64,000 nt of DNA from Planctomycetota bacterium. GTDB taxonomy: Bacteria; Planctomycetota; PLA2; JAEUHO01. The translations under genes and the position numbers were made by a program. The stretch is from NCBI GenBank assembly GCA_965223505.1, contig CBDCWP010000042.1:76520-140519 (forward strand), given 5' to 3'. Below are positions 45,067-55,201 of the stretch, piece after piece. Under the pieces are notes generated by a model. The model worked only from the letters and a program-made list of their open reading frames with translations. It was not told the origin of the DNA and made no database searches. Each line of letters opens with the position of its first letter. Within the stretch, counting starts at the first letter, position 1.

Positions 45067-46395
45067 CTAGATGCGAGCCAGGAGACCGTCGATGGTCTGC
45101 TCGATCCCCGCGTCCGTCTGACGCAGGGCCCGGACCTCGCGGATCGCTCGGCTCACGCTGCTGTGGCTGCGCAGCCCGAACGCCTTGCCGAGCTGTACCA
45201 ACGGCATCGCACACGCGCGATAGACCAGGTACATCGCGATTCGCCGTGGCAGTGCCGCGCTGCGTACCTTCGTCGGCCGGTCGAGCAGCCGCCGTTGGAT
45301 GCCGTAGTGATTCGCGACGAGATCCTTGGCGCGCCGGATGACCTCCTCCGACGCCGTCGCCGTCACACCGGGCGCCAGCTCGTCGAGCCAGCTCGGGTCG
45401 AGCGGCTGACCGACCTCCGCGGACGCGGCCGCCCAGCGATCGAGCAGCTGCACCGCGCCGCGCACCGACGCCGTTCGCGTCAACAACGCGTCGCTGACGT
45501 CGTTCGGAAGCTCGACGTCGAACTGCCGTGCCCGCGCGGCGACGATCTGCTCGAGGTCCGCCCGGTCCGGGACCTGCAGTCGAAGCACGACCCCGCCCAG
45601 CAGCCGCGAACGAAGCTTCGACGAGATGCCTTCGAGCTCGCGCGGATGCCGGCGTCCGGCCATGACCAGCCGCGTCGTGCTGCCGAGACACTCGTCCTGG
45701 ATGCGAACGAGCTCGCTCTGCGTGGCCTGCCGGCCTTCGAGATCGTCCAGACCGTCGAGCACGATCAGGTCGCGCGTGGAGAGGTCGAGACGGAATGCGC
45801 GAAGCGCCGCCACGTCACGCGCGCGTAGCGCCGTCACGTAGCGTTGGGTGAACTCGCGCATCGTCAGGTAGATGCAGGAGCCGGGCGAGCGCCTTGCGGC
45901 CGCGTTGCGCAACCCCTTGAGCAGATGGGTCTTGCCCGAGCCGCACTCTCCGAACAGGTAGAGCGACGGCGGGTCTTCGGCGCCGGTGCCCTGCAGCAGC
46001 CTCTTGAAGAGCATCACGGGGAAGCGGCCGCTCGGCTTCGTGACGAACGCATCGAGGCTCGCCTCGGGCACGCGTCGATCGAGCAGGTCACGCCAGGCCT
46101 CGGGACGGTCGGGCAGGCGGTCGCGCAGCGCACGCTTCTCGTCTTGCGCCGCGGACACGCGCAGATCGATGTGCGTTCCCTCGCCGAGCACGCGGTCGCA
46201 CGCCTCGCGCAGGAGGTCGCCGTAGGTGAACTGCAACCACGTGCGATGCACCTCGGTCGGCACCGCGAGCGTCAACGTGTCTTCGGAAACGTCGGCGACG
46301 GCGGCATCGCGGAACCAGAGACGGAAGCGGTTGCGCCCGACAGCGCGCACCAGCTCTTCGCGCAGCTCGTCCTGGATCTCTCGGTACAGCGTCAC
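45067..46395 (-). CDS. DnaA-like protein (divergent paralog)
   Basis: Domain I (FRLWF), Walker A GECGSGKTHLL, LRSRL..G, SVRG, and domain IV RRIAMYL...LGKAFGLRSHSSV. Confidence 0.82.
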   Translation of the reverse strand: MTLYREIQDELREELVRAVGRNRFRLWFRDAAVADVSEDTLTLAVPTEVHRTWLQFTYGDLLREACDRVLGEGTHIDLRVSAAQDEKRALRDRLPDRPEAWRDLLDRRVPEASLDAFVTKPSGRFPVMLFKRLLQGTGAEDPPSLYLFGECGSGKTHLLKGLRNAAARRSPGSCIYLTMREFTQRYVTALRARDVAALRAFRLDLSTRDLIVLDGLDDLEGRQATQSELVRIQDECLGSTTRLVMAGRRHPRELEGISSKLRSRLLGGVVLRLQVPDRADLEQIVAARARQFDVELPNDVSDALLTRTASVRGAVQLLDRWAAASAEVGQPLDPSWLDELAPGVTATASEEVIRRAKDLVANHYGIQRRLLDRPTKVRSAALPRRIAMYLVYRACAMPLVQLGKAFGLRSHSSVSRAIREVRALRQTDAGIEQTIDGLLARI

Positions 46396-49300
46396 CGTCC
46401 CGCGTCCGCCTCCATCGCCCTTTGCTTCAGCATCAGACCACCAGCGTGCGTGGGGTCAAGTCGAAGAATCGCAAACGCCTGCTCGAGGGCGTCTTCCGCC
46501 CGGTCCAGGTCGAGCAACATGTTGCCCAGCTTGAGCCGGTCGTCGATGACGCCGGCCTCGATCTGCTGCTCTTCCTTGAGCAGACGACCGAGCTCCACCT
46601 GGACCGTGCGCTCGCGCAGCGCCTCTTCGAGACGGCCCAGCTCGAGCAGCGCCTCGGCGTAGTCGCGGTGCAGCTCCATGTCCGGCATCTCGCCACGCTT
46701 GACGTTCGCGCCGAACGGCGTGACGTCCACCATCTCTTCACAGACGCGTACGATCGCCTCGGTGTCCTTGTTGCGCTTGTACCAGGCCTTCAGCTCCTTG
46801 CGCACGCCGTAGTCCTCGGCCGCGATCTTCGCGTAGGCCTCGAGCTCCTCCATCGCCTTCTTCAGGTCGCCGCCGCCGCGATACAGGCGAGCGAGCTGCA
46901 GGTACGGGTTGTCCTTCGCGACGTAGCGCGGGAAGCATGTCTTCGCGGCCTCGAGATGCTTGATCGCGACCTCGGAGTCGCCGCCCTGGGTCAGGGCCCG
47001 CTCGGCGAGGAAGAGCCGCGCACGCAGATCGTCGTGCCCGTCGTCGATGACCTTGCTGTAGTGGCGCTCCGCGAGATCCGCGCGGCGGTTCTTCTGCGCG
47101 ATCGCGCCGAGCAGGAGGCGCACCTCGGGGTGGTCCTCGTCGAGCTTCACGGCCTTCTCGAGCGCGCCGCCGGCGTCGATCTCGTTGTTGCGCTGAAAGT
47201 GGCCCCAGGCGAGTCGCACGTGAGCTTCGATGTCGTTGGGGTTGCGCTTCACGCGCACCTCGAACGCCTCCATGCTCTCCTTGTCCCAGATGGGCACCAT
47301 CTTGTAGCCGCCGACGATCGACCCCACGTACGCGTGGAACATCTCGTCGTACTTGTCGAGGTCGAGGTTCAGGACTTCCTTGAAGACGTCCTTCGTCGAC
47401 TTGTCTTCGGCAAACTTGCGCAGCATCTGCGGGATGACCTCGAAGCCCCGCTCCTGCTGCAAGTGCTCCGAGATCAAGCCGCCCTGGAAGTAGGCGAACA
47501 GGATGTCGGGCCCGCGGAAGGCGCTGTTGATCTCGGACATCTTGAGCAACCGACCGTTGTGCCAGCGGTCGTAGAGCTGCTTCTCCATCTCGCGGCCCCA
47601 GCGCTCGCGCCGGGACTTCTCCTCGTAGACCGACAGGCCCTCGGTGAGCCAGCGCGGCACCTGCCCCTTGCTGAGCTGCAGCGTCATGACGTGCGCGAAT
47701 TCGTGCCACGCCGTGCGCGACCAGGAGAACTGCCCGACCGGCACCGCGGTAGGACCGAGGAGCGTGATCACGCGGCCGAAGCAGACGCCGAGCGCCGGCA
47801 ACCCGGCGGTGCCGACGCTGCGCACGGAGAAGTCGTCCTGGCGGTCGAACGAGTCCGCGTAGGTCGGCGAGACGGGGGTGAACCCGTACTTCTTGCTGAG
47901 CGTGTCGTACGCCTCTTCGAGCAACGGAAGGAGATACGGCTCCATCACCCGCGCCTCGGAGATCGGCATGCGGACGATGAAGTTCTCGGACTTCAGCGTC
48001 TTGAAGCTCGGCAGCGCCTCCGTGAGCACCTCGATCCAGTTGTCCCGGCGCACGTCCTTGTACTTCTTCGACGCGACGCGGCCCTTGCGGAACACCTCGA
48101 GCGCTTCGTCGGTCTCGCCGAGGTTCATCAGGCTCTCGCCCAGGACCGTGTACGCGTCCCGGTCGTTCGCGTCGACGGCGATGGCCTTCTCGGCGAGCTG
48201 TTTCGCGAGGTCGTAGCGGCGCTTGCGCTCCCCCACCAGCTCGGCGCAGATGCGGTACAGCTCTCCGTAGCTCGGGTCGTACGCGAGCAGCTCACGCTCC
48301 AGGGCCGCGAAGCCCGCCGTGTCGCCGCGGATGTACAGCAGCGCCGCCTTGACCGCGCGCGCTTCCTTGTGCGTCGGGTTGATCTTCAGCGCCTGGTCGA
48401 GCGCCTTGCGCGCCGCCACGTAGTCGCCGTTCGAGGTGTTGATGGCCGCCGTGAGCGCCAACGCGGGGACGTGGTTGGGGTTCGTGACGAGCGCGCGCTT
48501 GAGCCCCTCTAGCGCCTTCGACTGCTGATAGAAGACGAGATCGGTGCGCGCGATGCCGACACGCGCGTCGGCGAACTCGGAGTTGGCCTTCAAGATCTCC
48601 GTGTAGTGCTTGCGCGCGCGGCTCTGTCCCTTCGGGCCGCGGTCCGAGCGGTACACCTCGGCCAGCTGGTACTTGACGTCGAAGTCGTCCGGATCCTGCT
48701 TGAGGTACTTTCCGAGCAGCCGCACCGCGGGGTTGAGCATGTCGTCCGACGCGTTCGGCGAGAGCCACGTCGCGCGAATGGCGGCATGCGCGACGTACGG
48801 CAGCGCGGTGTCGTCGGACTCCACCTCTTCGCCGCCGCGAATCATCTTGTTGTATTGCGCGACGACCTTGTCGTACTCGGCCAGCGCTTCCTTGCGGCGC
48901 CCGCGCTCTTCGAGCGTCTGGGCTAGGACGCAGCGCGCGACCATGTTCGAGGGATTGGTCTCGAGCGCGGCGCGGGCGGCGGTCCCGGCCACTTGATGCT
49001 CGCCCGTCGTGAGCAACAGCGAGAAGCGCAGCGCCTCGAGCCGGCGGTCGTCGGGGTGCTTCCCGGTCGCCTCCGTCACCGACTTGAGCGCGTCTTCGTA
49101 GGCGCCGGTGCGTTCCTGCACGCGTCCAATGAGGTAGGGCGCAAGCGCGTTGTCGGGGTCGTAGCGCTTCAAGCGCTTCATCCGCGCCAGCACCTCTTCG
49201 TGGTTGCCGGTGCGGAAGGCCTTGAGCCCCTTCTCGGTGTGGCGCTCGATGGCCTCGAGCCGTTCTTCCTCCTCCTCGGTGAGCGGCGTCTCGTCCGCCA

Positions 49301-49400
49301 GTGCAGGCGGCAGCGCCGCGAGCCAGAGCAGGGCGCCGAAGAGCAAGGCCAGGGGCAGGAAGCGCCGGCGGGGCGCCTCGGAAGTCTCGATTCGCGTCAT
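46392..49400 (-). CDS. Exported TPR-repeat protein with a peptidase MA-like (gluzincin) domain
   Basis: Signal peptide; TPR arrays flank HEFAH...PRWLTEGLS (HExxH plus downstream Glu). Confidence 0.85.
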   Translation of the reverse strand: MTRIETSEAPRRRFLPLALLFGALLWLAALPPALADETPLTEEEEERLEAIERHTEKGLKAFRTGNHEEVLARMKRLKRYDPDNALAPYLIGRVQERTGAYEDALKSVTEATGKHPDDRRLEALRFSLLLTTGEHQVAGTAARAALETNPSNMVARCVLAQTLEERGRRKEALAEYDKVVAQYNKMIRGGEEVESDDTALPYVAHAAIRATWLSPNASDDMLNPAVRLLGKYLKQDPDDFDVKYQLAEVYRSDRGPKGQSRARKHYTEILKANSEFADARVGIARTDLVFYQQSKALEGLKRALVTNPNHVPALALTAAINTSNGDYVAARKALDQALKINPTHKEARAVKAALLYIRGDTAGFAALERELLAYDPSYGELYRICAELVGERKRRYDLAKQLAEKAIAVDANDRDAYTVLGESLMNLGETDEALEVFRKGRVASKKYKDVRRDNWIEVLTEALPSFKTLKSENFIVRMPISEARVMEPYLLPLLEEAYDTLSKKYGFTPVSPTYADSFDRQDDFSVRSVGTAGLPALGVCFGRVITLLGPTAVPVGQFSWSRTAWHEFAHVMTLQLSKGQVPRWLTEGLSVYEEKSRRERWGREMEKQLYDRWHNGRLLKMSEINSAFRGPDILFAYFQGGLISEHLQQERGFEVIPQMLRKFAEDKSTKDVFKEVLNLDLDKYDEMFHAYVGSIVGGYKMVPIWDKESMEAFEVRVKRNPNDIEAHVRLAWGHFQRNNEIDAGGALEKAVKLDEDHPEVRLLLGAIAQKNRRADLAERHYSKVIDDGHDDLRARLFLAERALTQGGDSEVAIKHLEAAKTCFPRYVAKDNPYLQLARLYRGGGDLKKAMEELEAYAKIAAEDYGVRKELKAWYKRNKDTEAIVRVCEEMVDVTPFGANVKRGEMPDMELHRDYAEALLELGRLEEALRERTVQVELGRLLKEEQQIEAGVIDDRLKLGNMLLDLDRAEDALEQAFAILRLDPTHAGGLMLKQRAMEADAGR

Positions 49401-49546
49401 GGGGAACGGGCCTCGGGGAGGTTGAGGTCGGGGACCCCCGATTCTACCCCTCGGTCGTACGTCCGTTGCGGCGCGGCTAGGGGCCGGCCGGCCGGAATTG
49501 CGGCTGAGGGCGCACGACGCCGACGTTTGTATGCTCCGGAGGATCG

Positions 49547-51028
49547 ATGCACGCCCTTCGTCCCGCTCTCCCCGTGCTACTCGCCGTGCTCCTCGTCTGC
49601 GCCGGCGGGTCGATCGCGGACGCCGACGACGTCCCGGTCACCCCCGAGACGATCGACGAGGCGATCGCCAACGCCGTCGGATACCTGCTCGAGGAGCAGA
49701 AGCCGAACGGCACCTGGGGCAACGGCGACAAGGCGCTCGGCCACACCGCGCTGGCGGTCTTCGCGCTGCTGCACGCGGGGGTGAACGAGGCGCAGCGCAC
49801 GCCGGAGGCCAAGCGGCTTCGGCGCGCGTTCAAGTTCCTCGACCGCAACGGACCCGGACGCGAAGGCAAACGCGACGTGGACCCGGGTACGTACACCACG
49901 TCGTTGCTCTTGCTCGTGCTGCGCGACCGCGGTCGCGAGGCCGACCGAACGCGCATGCAGCGGCTGGTAGACCTGTTGTGCCGCACGCAGGCGAAGAACG
50001 GTCAGTGGTGGTACTACGGCCGACCGGCCAAGACGGGCAAGACCGGACCCGACACGGGCGACAACAGCAACACGCAGTTCGCCGTGCTGGCGCTGGGCGC
50101 CGCGGTCGGTGAGGGGCTGAACGTATCGAAGGCGACGCTAGAACGCGCCGCGAAGTGGTGGCACGGCTCGCTCGGCAAGGACGGCGGGTACGGGTACGCG
50201 TCGGGCGGCGGCAAGTCCGCCAGCTCCGCGTCGATGACGGCGGCGGGCATCGCTTGCCTCGCCGTTCTCGAAGCGGCGCTGCCGGTGTCGGAGCCCGCTA
50301 CGCCCAATCCGACGAAGGCGCCGCCGGGCCTCGCCGAAGCGTTGGAATGGTTGGAGAAGCACTACTCCGTCACGAAGAACCACGGACCGGCCAAAGGCCA
50401 GGCCGGTCAGCGCCAGAAGCGCTCCGGCCGCGGCTGGCTGCACTACTACCTGTGGACGCTGGAGCGCGCGATGGTGCTTTGGGGCGCGGACCGCGTCGGC
50501 GAGCACGATTGGTATCGCGAAGGCGCCGCGCAGCTGCTGAAGACGCAGAAGAAGGACGGCTCGTGGCGCGGCGAGGCGCCCGTGTTCGCGACGAGCTTCG
50601 GGTTGCTGTTTCTCACGCGCGCCGCGGATCCGCCGCGCGCGTTCACGCCGAAGAAGAAGCCGTTCAAGGCGCCGGTCACGGGCCCGACCGAGGAAGACGA
50701 AGAGCAACCTGACGAGAAGGACGAGCGCGTGCCGCCGGGGACGGTGCAGGACTGGCTGGCGCTGGACCTACCCGTCGGTGAGCTGGCGTCGTGGTGCCGC
50801 AAGAAGGGGCCGTCGGCGTTGCGCGGACTCGTCGTTGCGCTCGGCGATCCGGACAAGACCAAGCGCCGCCGCGCTTGGGAGGCGCTGAGCGCGCTGTTGC
50901 CGAAGGTACGCTTGGCGCGTGCGGATCGCCATCCGTTGGCGCGGGGCCGGCTGGCTCTTTGGATTCGCAAGCACGAAGACGTCTTGAAGCTGGATGCGAA
51001 GGGCCGGTTCGTTCCGGAAGAGGAGTAG
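49547..51028 (+). CDS. Exported prenyltransferase/squalene-cyclase-repeat (alpha/alpha barrel) protein
   Basis: Signal peptide; Q..NGTW, Q..NGQW.Y, DNSNTQFAVLAL, Q..DGSW repeats. Confidence 0.8.
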   Translation: MHALRPALPVLLAVLLVCAGGSIADADDVPVTPETIDEAIANAVGYLLEEQKPNGTWGNGDKALGHTALAVFALLHAGVNEAQRTPEAKRLRRAFKFLDRNGPGREGKRDVDPGTYTTSLLLLVLRDRGREADRTRMQRLVDLLCRTQAKNGQWWYYGRPAKTGKTGPDTGDNSNTQFAVLALGAAVGEGLNVSKATLERAAKWWHGSLGKDGGYGYASGGGKSASSASMTAAGIACLAVLEAALPVSEPATPNPTKAPPGLAEALEWLEKHYSVTKNHGPAKGQAGQRQKRSGRGWLHYYLWTLERAMVLWGADRVGEHDWYREGAAQLLKTQKKDGSWRGEAPVFATSFGLLFLTRAADPPRAFTPKKKPFKAPVTGPTEEDEEQPDEKDERVPPGTVQDWLALDLPVGELASWCRKKGPSALRGLVVALGDPDKTKRRRAWEALSALLPKVRLARADRHPLARGRLALWIRKHEDVLKLDAKGRFVPEEE

Positions 51029-51106
51029 CGCCTTGCATTGGATCGCCGGCGTTGCCGTGACCGTGCTCGTCGTGCTGGGGCTGCTCTTGAATCCGTTCGT
51101 CGAGGG

Positions 51107-51715
51107 TCACCGCAATCGCATGTGCGCCACGAACTCGTTGGATCGACTCTCGACGGACGCATGCGCGGGCTCGAGTGACTCGATCACGAACCGCGGATCG
51201 AAGACCTCCCGCACCTGCGCGGGCGTGACGTCGAACGGCGGACCGCCGTCCGCGCCGTGGTTCCAGAACAGACCGTAGTACGCGCCGGCCGGCTTCAGGA
51301 CCCCGGCAACGGCCTCCACGTACGCGCTCCGGCGCGCGGGATCGATCGCGCAGTAGCACGTCTGCTCCCACACGGCGTCGAACCGGCCCGACAGATCGTC
51401 GGGTAGATCGAAGAGGTCGTGCTGACGCACCGCGAGCGCGACGCCGGCCTGCTCGGCGCGCTCGATCGCACCTGCAACGGCGCTGGGCGCGTAGTCGATC
51501 GCGGTCACGTGGTGGCCGGCCTTCGCCCAGGCGATCGCGTCATGTCCGAGCCCGGCGCCGGGGACGAAGACGCCGAGCTTCGGGTCGCCGAGATCGTCGA
51601 GCAGCTTCACCAGCGCCGGCGGCGGCCCGCCCAGGTCCCAGCCCGTGTCCGCATTCCGATAGCGGCCCTCCCAGCCCTCGGCCGAGAGCGGGCACCGAAG
51701 CTCGTCGTCGCTCAT
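51107..51715 (-). CDS. TPMT-family SAM-dependent methyltransferase
   Basis: W..RY....TGWDLG, VPGAGLGHD, EQTCYCAIDP..R..Y, GGPPF. Confidence 0.88.
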   Translation of the reverse strand: MSDDELRCPLSAEGWEGRYRNADTGWDLGGPPPALVKLLDDLGDPKLGVFVPGAGLGHDAIAWAKAGHHVTAIDYAPSAVAGAIERAEQAGVALAVRQHDLFDLPDDLSGRFDAVWEQTCYCAIDPARRSAYVEAVAGVLKPAGAYYGLFWNHGADGGPPFDVTPAQVREVFDPRFVIESLEPAHASVESRSNEFVAHMRLR

Positions 51716-51724
51716 GCCCTGTTT

Positions 51725-53191
51725 CTACTTCCCCGGGTAGCGATACGGCGACTGAAGCATGAGAGCGCAGATGCCGGTGATGAAGACGCGCCCTGCGCTG
51801 TTCGAGTAGGTCCCGATCGCATCCCACGAGCCCGCCGCGGATCCGTCCTTGCGCTGCCCCTTCTCGAGCGCGCTCTTCAGGCCGCCGAACCACTTGGACC
51901 ACGCGCCCCCACCGTGCCGGTGCAGCGCGATCGTCGTGTAGTACCAGCTGTACGGATACAGGTTGCCGATCTGCGCGTTGACGACGCGCCCGTCCTTCGT
52001 CTTGACCTTCTTGAATTTCAGCGACCAGACCGGCTTCTTGGCGCCGATCGTCGAGATCTGCTTGGCCTTGTGCGGCGTCGGGCCGTCGACGCCGAGCATC
52101 GCCCGCACGGCCAACGCGGCCGCGGCGTTGGCGGTCGTCGGCGTGTACCCCAACCGCTCGGCGCCGTCGTGGTACTCGCTGCGCCCCGTCTTCGCGTCGA
52201 TGCGCTGATCGAGAAAGGCGAGGACACGCTGAAGCCTCTCCTCGGCGACCGGGATGCCCGCACGACGCGCCTCCCCCAACGCCATGGCGACGGCAGCCGT
52301 CGTGGGCACGCCGCCGACGCCGCCGAAGTAACGCCAGCCGCCGTCCGGCAGCTGCTTCGAGAGCAGCCGCGACACCGCCGTTGCGAGCACGGGCCGAAGC
52401 GCGGGATCCCGCGTCACGACGTACGCATCCGCGACCGCCTGCGTGCAGAAGGCCTGGCCCCAGATCGCGTCGAAGCCGCCGCCGCCCCGCTCCAGCACCG
52501 AGATGCAGAAACGCAGCGCCTTCGCCACGGCTTCGGCGTACGGCCCCGAAACCGGGGTGCTGCCCGACGCCAGCCACGCCATCAGTGCGACCGCCGTCGT
52601 GACGCCGTCGTAGGGACAGGGCACCTTCTCGCCGTGATGACCTCCCCCGGCGCCGTCGCACTTGTCGTCGGCGGGGTCGTGCTTCATGAACTGATCGGCG
52701 TCCAGGCGTCCATCTTCGTCCTGGTGGGCGGCGAGCCAGTCGAGCGCCGCCGTGACGATCTTCTCCGTCGACGGATTGCCGCCGAACTTCGACAAGGCCG
52801 CACGCTTCTTCGCACCCCAGCGCGGACCGGTCGTGCCCGTCGCAACCGACTGGGCGATGCCGGACGCCGGCTCGCTCTCCATGGCGTCGCGTTCGATGAG
52901 CGTCCGCGCGCGCCGATCCAGCCGGTGCGCCCACGCGTACGCGAGCAACGCGTCGCCCTTCTCACCCGACGAGAGGCGCCGGTCGAACGCGACGTGCGGC
53001 GCCTCGCCTTCGATCCGCCGGGCGACGTCGGCTTCCGCGATCTTGCGCGTCCGTGTTGCGGTCTCGACGTGGAGACGCCCCTTTTCGGACTTCACGACGT
53101 GCCCGAAGACGATCTCGCCGTCCTTCAGACGCAGCTCGTCGGCGTTCAGAGGCGCGCCGCAGAGCAAGACGACGGCGACGGTCCAGGGCAA
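51725..53191 (-). CDS. Exported prenyltransferase/squalene-cyclase-repeat protein
   Basis: ALDWLAAHQDEDG, KQLPDGGWRY, GQRKDG...GSWD repeats. The start may be ATG 53198 if there is a 1-bp error at 53183-53184. Confidence 0.8.
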   Translation of the reverse strand: MPWTVAVVLLCGAPLNADELRLKDGEIVFGHVVKSEKGRLHVETATRTRKIAEADVARRIEGEAPHVAFDRRLSSGEKGDALLAYAWAHRLDRRARTLIERDAMESEPASGIAQSVATGTTGPRWGAKKRAALSKFGGNPSTEKIVTAALDWLAAHQDEDGRLDADQFMKHDPADDKCDGAGGGHHGEKVPCPYDGVTTAVALMAWLASGSTPVSGPYAEAVAKALRFCISVLERGGGGFDAIWGQAFCTQAVADAYVVTRDPALRPVLATAVSRLLSKQLPDGGWRYFGGVGGVPTTAAVAMALGEARRAGIPVAEERLQRVLAFLDQRIDAKTGRSEYHDGAERLGYTPTTANAAAALAVRAMLGVDGPTPHKAKQISTIGAKKPVWSLKFKKVKTKDGRVVNAQIGNLYPYSWYYTTIALHRHGGGAWSKWFGGLKSALEKGQRKDGSAAGSWDAIGTYSNSAGRVFITGICALMLQSPYRYPGK

Positions 53192-53220
53192 ATCTCATGC
53201 GCTTGCAAACGTCTCCCGCG

Positions 53221-55071
53221 CTACTTGTTCACACCCTCGATTCCGAGCGCCGTCGTCACGTTGCGCTGGTGGGACGGAATCCACACCGCGTCCTCCCACG
53301 ACGCGCCCGCGCCCGCGACCACGTTCATGATCGACGTGGGGTGCTCGGTGTCGTGGCCGCAACCGCACAGATGGCCGTACTCGTGCGACAACGTCAGCCC
53401 CACGGCGCTGGCGAAGCCGTCGATGAGGCAGCGGATCTCGTCCGCGCGACGGTTGTTGGCGCGGTCCTCGCCCCAGCGGTAGGACCCGTCGAGCAGATGC
53501 TTGTCCTCGGCGGAGATCGGCGGCTCGAGCTTGCGTCGCTCGTACATCGTGCGCTTCAGAAACGTCGAGTAGACCTGCACCCACCCACCGAACGCGCGGC
53601 CACCGGCCGCTTCGTCGTCTCCGGCCACGAGCGCCATCCACACCTTGCCGCGCGAGAGCTGCTCCGGGTTCGCGAACGTCAGACCCAGCCCCCACGACCA
53701 ACCGGGAATGGGCGAGCCGTCCGGTTCGCGCCGGAACAGGCGATTGGCGATGCGGATCGCGCGCGCGAGCACCTCGTCGCGCACGAACGCGTCGAGCTCC
53801 GGGAGCTTGCCGTTCGTCGACAGTCCGAGGGCCAGAAGGTCCGCTTCGATCGTGCGCTTCTCGCCGTCGCCGTACGTCAGGTAGCCCATCTTGCCCTTGG
53901 GGTTGATCGCCGCTGGCGGCGGTCGCCCGAACCCGAGCGGCGGGCCGCACCCCACCGTCGGCAACAGACCCTGCGGCCACAGCTCGAACTCGCCTTTGCG
54001 TACGCGCCAATAGGCAAAGGGAAACAGGCGGATCCCGCCGTGGGGCTCGAAGTGAAGCGGCAGCACTCCTGGAATCGGCTTGCGCTCCTGTGGAACGAGC
54101 TTCTCCCAGACTTTTCGGAACTTCGTCGATCCCGCTGCCGCGACCGCCGCGAGCACGCGTCGCGCGCCCTCGAACGAACGCACGGACGCGACGTCGATCG
54201 GGCGCCCCGCGCGCTCGAGGTCGGCGATGAGGTCCTCGCCCATGCGTCCCTGCAGCTCGGGATCGGGACCGTCGAGGAAGACGCAGCCCTCGAACTGCTC
54301 GGGTGCGAGCGCGAGCATGCTCTCGTTGCGCGCGGCGTCGCAGAACAGCGCGTTCGGATGCCAGCCCGTCTCGGCCAGACCGCGCGCGAAGCGCTGCGCG
54401 TGAACGCCGGTCATGGCCACGTAGAGCCAGTCCGCCTCGAAGCCCTCCAGGTGCGCGATCACGTCCTTGGCGTCGTCGTGCGCTTCCCAGACGCGCACGC
54501 CGTCCAGCGAGATCCGCGACGACAAGTTGCGCGCGAACGCAGCCGCGAGCGTGGTACCGAGCTCGGTCGGCTCCTGGACGACGGCGACGCGGCGCGCGGC
54601 GACGGGTGCGATCATGCTGTCGGCCGCGGCGACCGCCTGGCTGACGGGCGTCGGGCCGAGCAGAAGTACGTTGCCGGGATTGCGCGTCGCATCGGGCGCC
54701 ATCGCGGAGACGACGAACCACGGCACGCGTACGGAGCGCGCCGCCTTCCAATACGCGGCGTGCATGTGACCGCCGGGGACGGCGACGACGCCCGCCGGCG
54801 AGGCGCTCTTGAGCTCGCGAAGCGTCTTCTTGAGGCTCTGCGTGGTGCCGCCGTCGTCGAAGGCGACCACCTCGATGCCGTCTTCGAAGAACGCGTTCGC
54901 CGCGAAGCGCTTGGCGGCCAACCGGGCGCCCTCGACGGCCGCCTGGAGACGGTTGCCGTCGTCCGCGGCGCCGATCACGGCGAGGGTGACGGGCTTGGGC
55001 GCGGCCCGCGCGGGCATGGGCGCTGCCCCGATCAGGAGGATCCCCGACAGCAGCAAGACCACCCGCCTCAT
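53221..55071 (-). CDS. Periplasmic type-I (LivJ-like) substrate-binding domain fused to a C-terminal metzincin protease motif
   Basis: Signal peptide MRRVVLLLSGILLIGAAPMPARA; N-terminal binding-protein-like fold; HEYGHLCGCGH at 53353-53385 followed by SIMN (Met-turn). Confidence 0.72.
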   Translation of the reverse strand: MRRVVLLLSGILLIGAAPMPARAAPKPVTLAVIGAADDGNRLQAAVEGARLAAKRFAANAFFEDGIEVVAFDDGGTTQSLKKTLRELKSASPAGVVAVPGGHMHAAYWKAARSVRVPWFVVSAMAPDATRNPGNVLLLGPTPVSQAVAAADSMIAPVAARRVAVVQEPTELGTTLAAAFARNLSSRISLDGVRVWEAHDDAKDVIAHLEGFEADWLYVAMTGVHAQRFARGLAETGWHPNALFCDAARNESMLALAPEQFEGCVFLDGPDPELQGRMGEDLIADLERAGRPIDVASVRSFEGARRVLAAVAAAGSTKFRKVWEKLVPQERKPIPGVLPLHFEPHGGIRLFPFAYWRVRKGEFELWPQGLLPTVGCGPPLGFGRPPPAAINPKGKMGYLTYGDGEKRTIEADLLALGLSTNGKLPELDAFVRDEVLARAIRIANRLFRREPDGSPIPGWSWGLGLTFANPEQLSRGKVWMALVAGDDEAAGGRAFGGWVQVYSTFLKRTMYERRKLEPPISAEDKHLLDGSYRWGEDRANNRRADEIRCLIDGFASAVGLTLSHEYGHLCGCGHDTEHPTSIMNVVAGAGASWEDAVWIPSHQRNVTTALGIEGVNK

Positions 55072-55201
55072 GGGGGCACGGTGCCCGCGCCAAAGGGCTC
55101 CGTCAAGCGCTCCCCATCCGACCGAGTCCTTGTTAGGTTGCCTCCGCCACAAAAGTCCCGGGGAAGCGAATCGGGGCTCCAACACGTTTCTGGGAGGAAG
55201 C

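Noticed and set aside
53183..53198. Possible frameshifted start (ATG 53198) of the second squalene-cyclase-repeat gene
   Set aside because: Removing one base gives a better signal peptide (MRFALTVAVV...), but an in-frame TTG start exists. This cannot be decided without reads and is not biologically notable.
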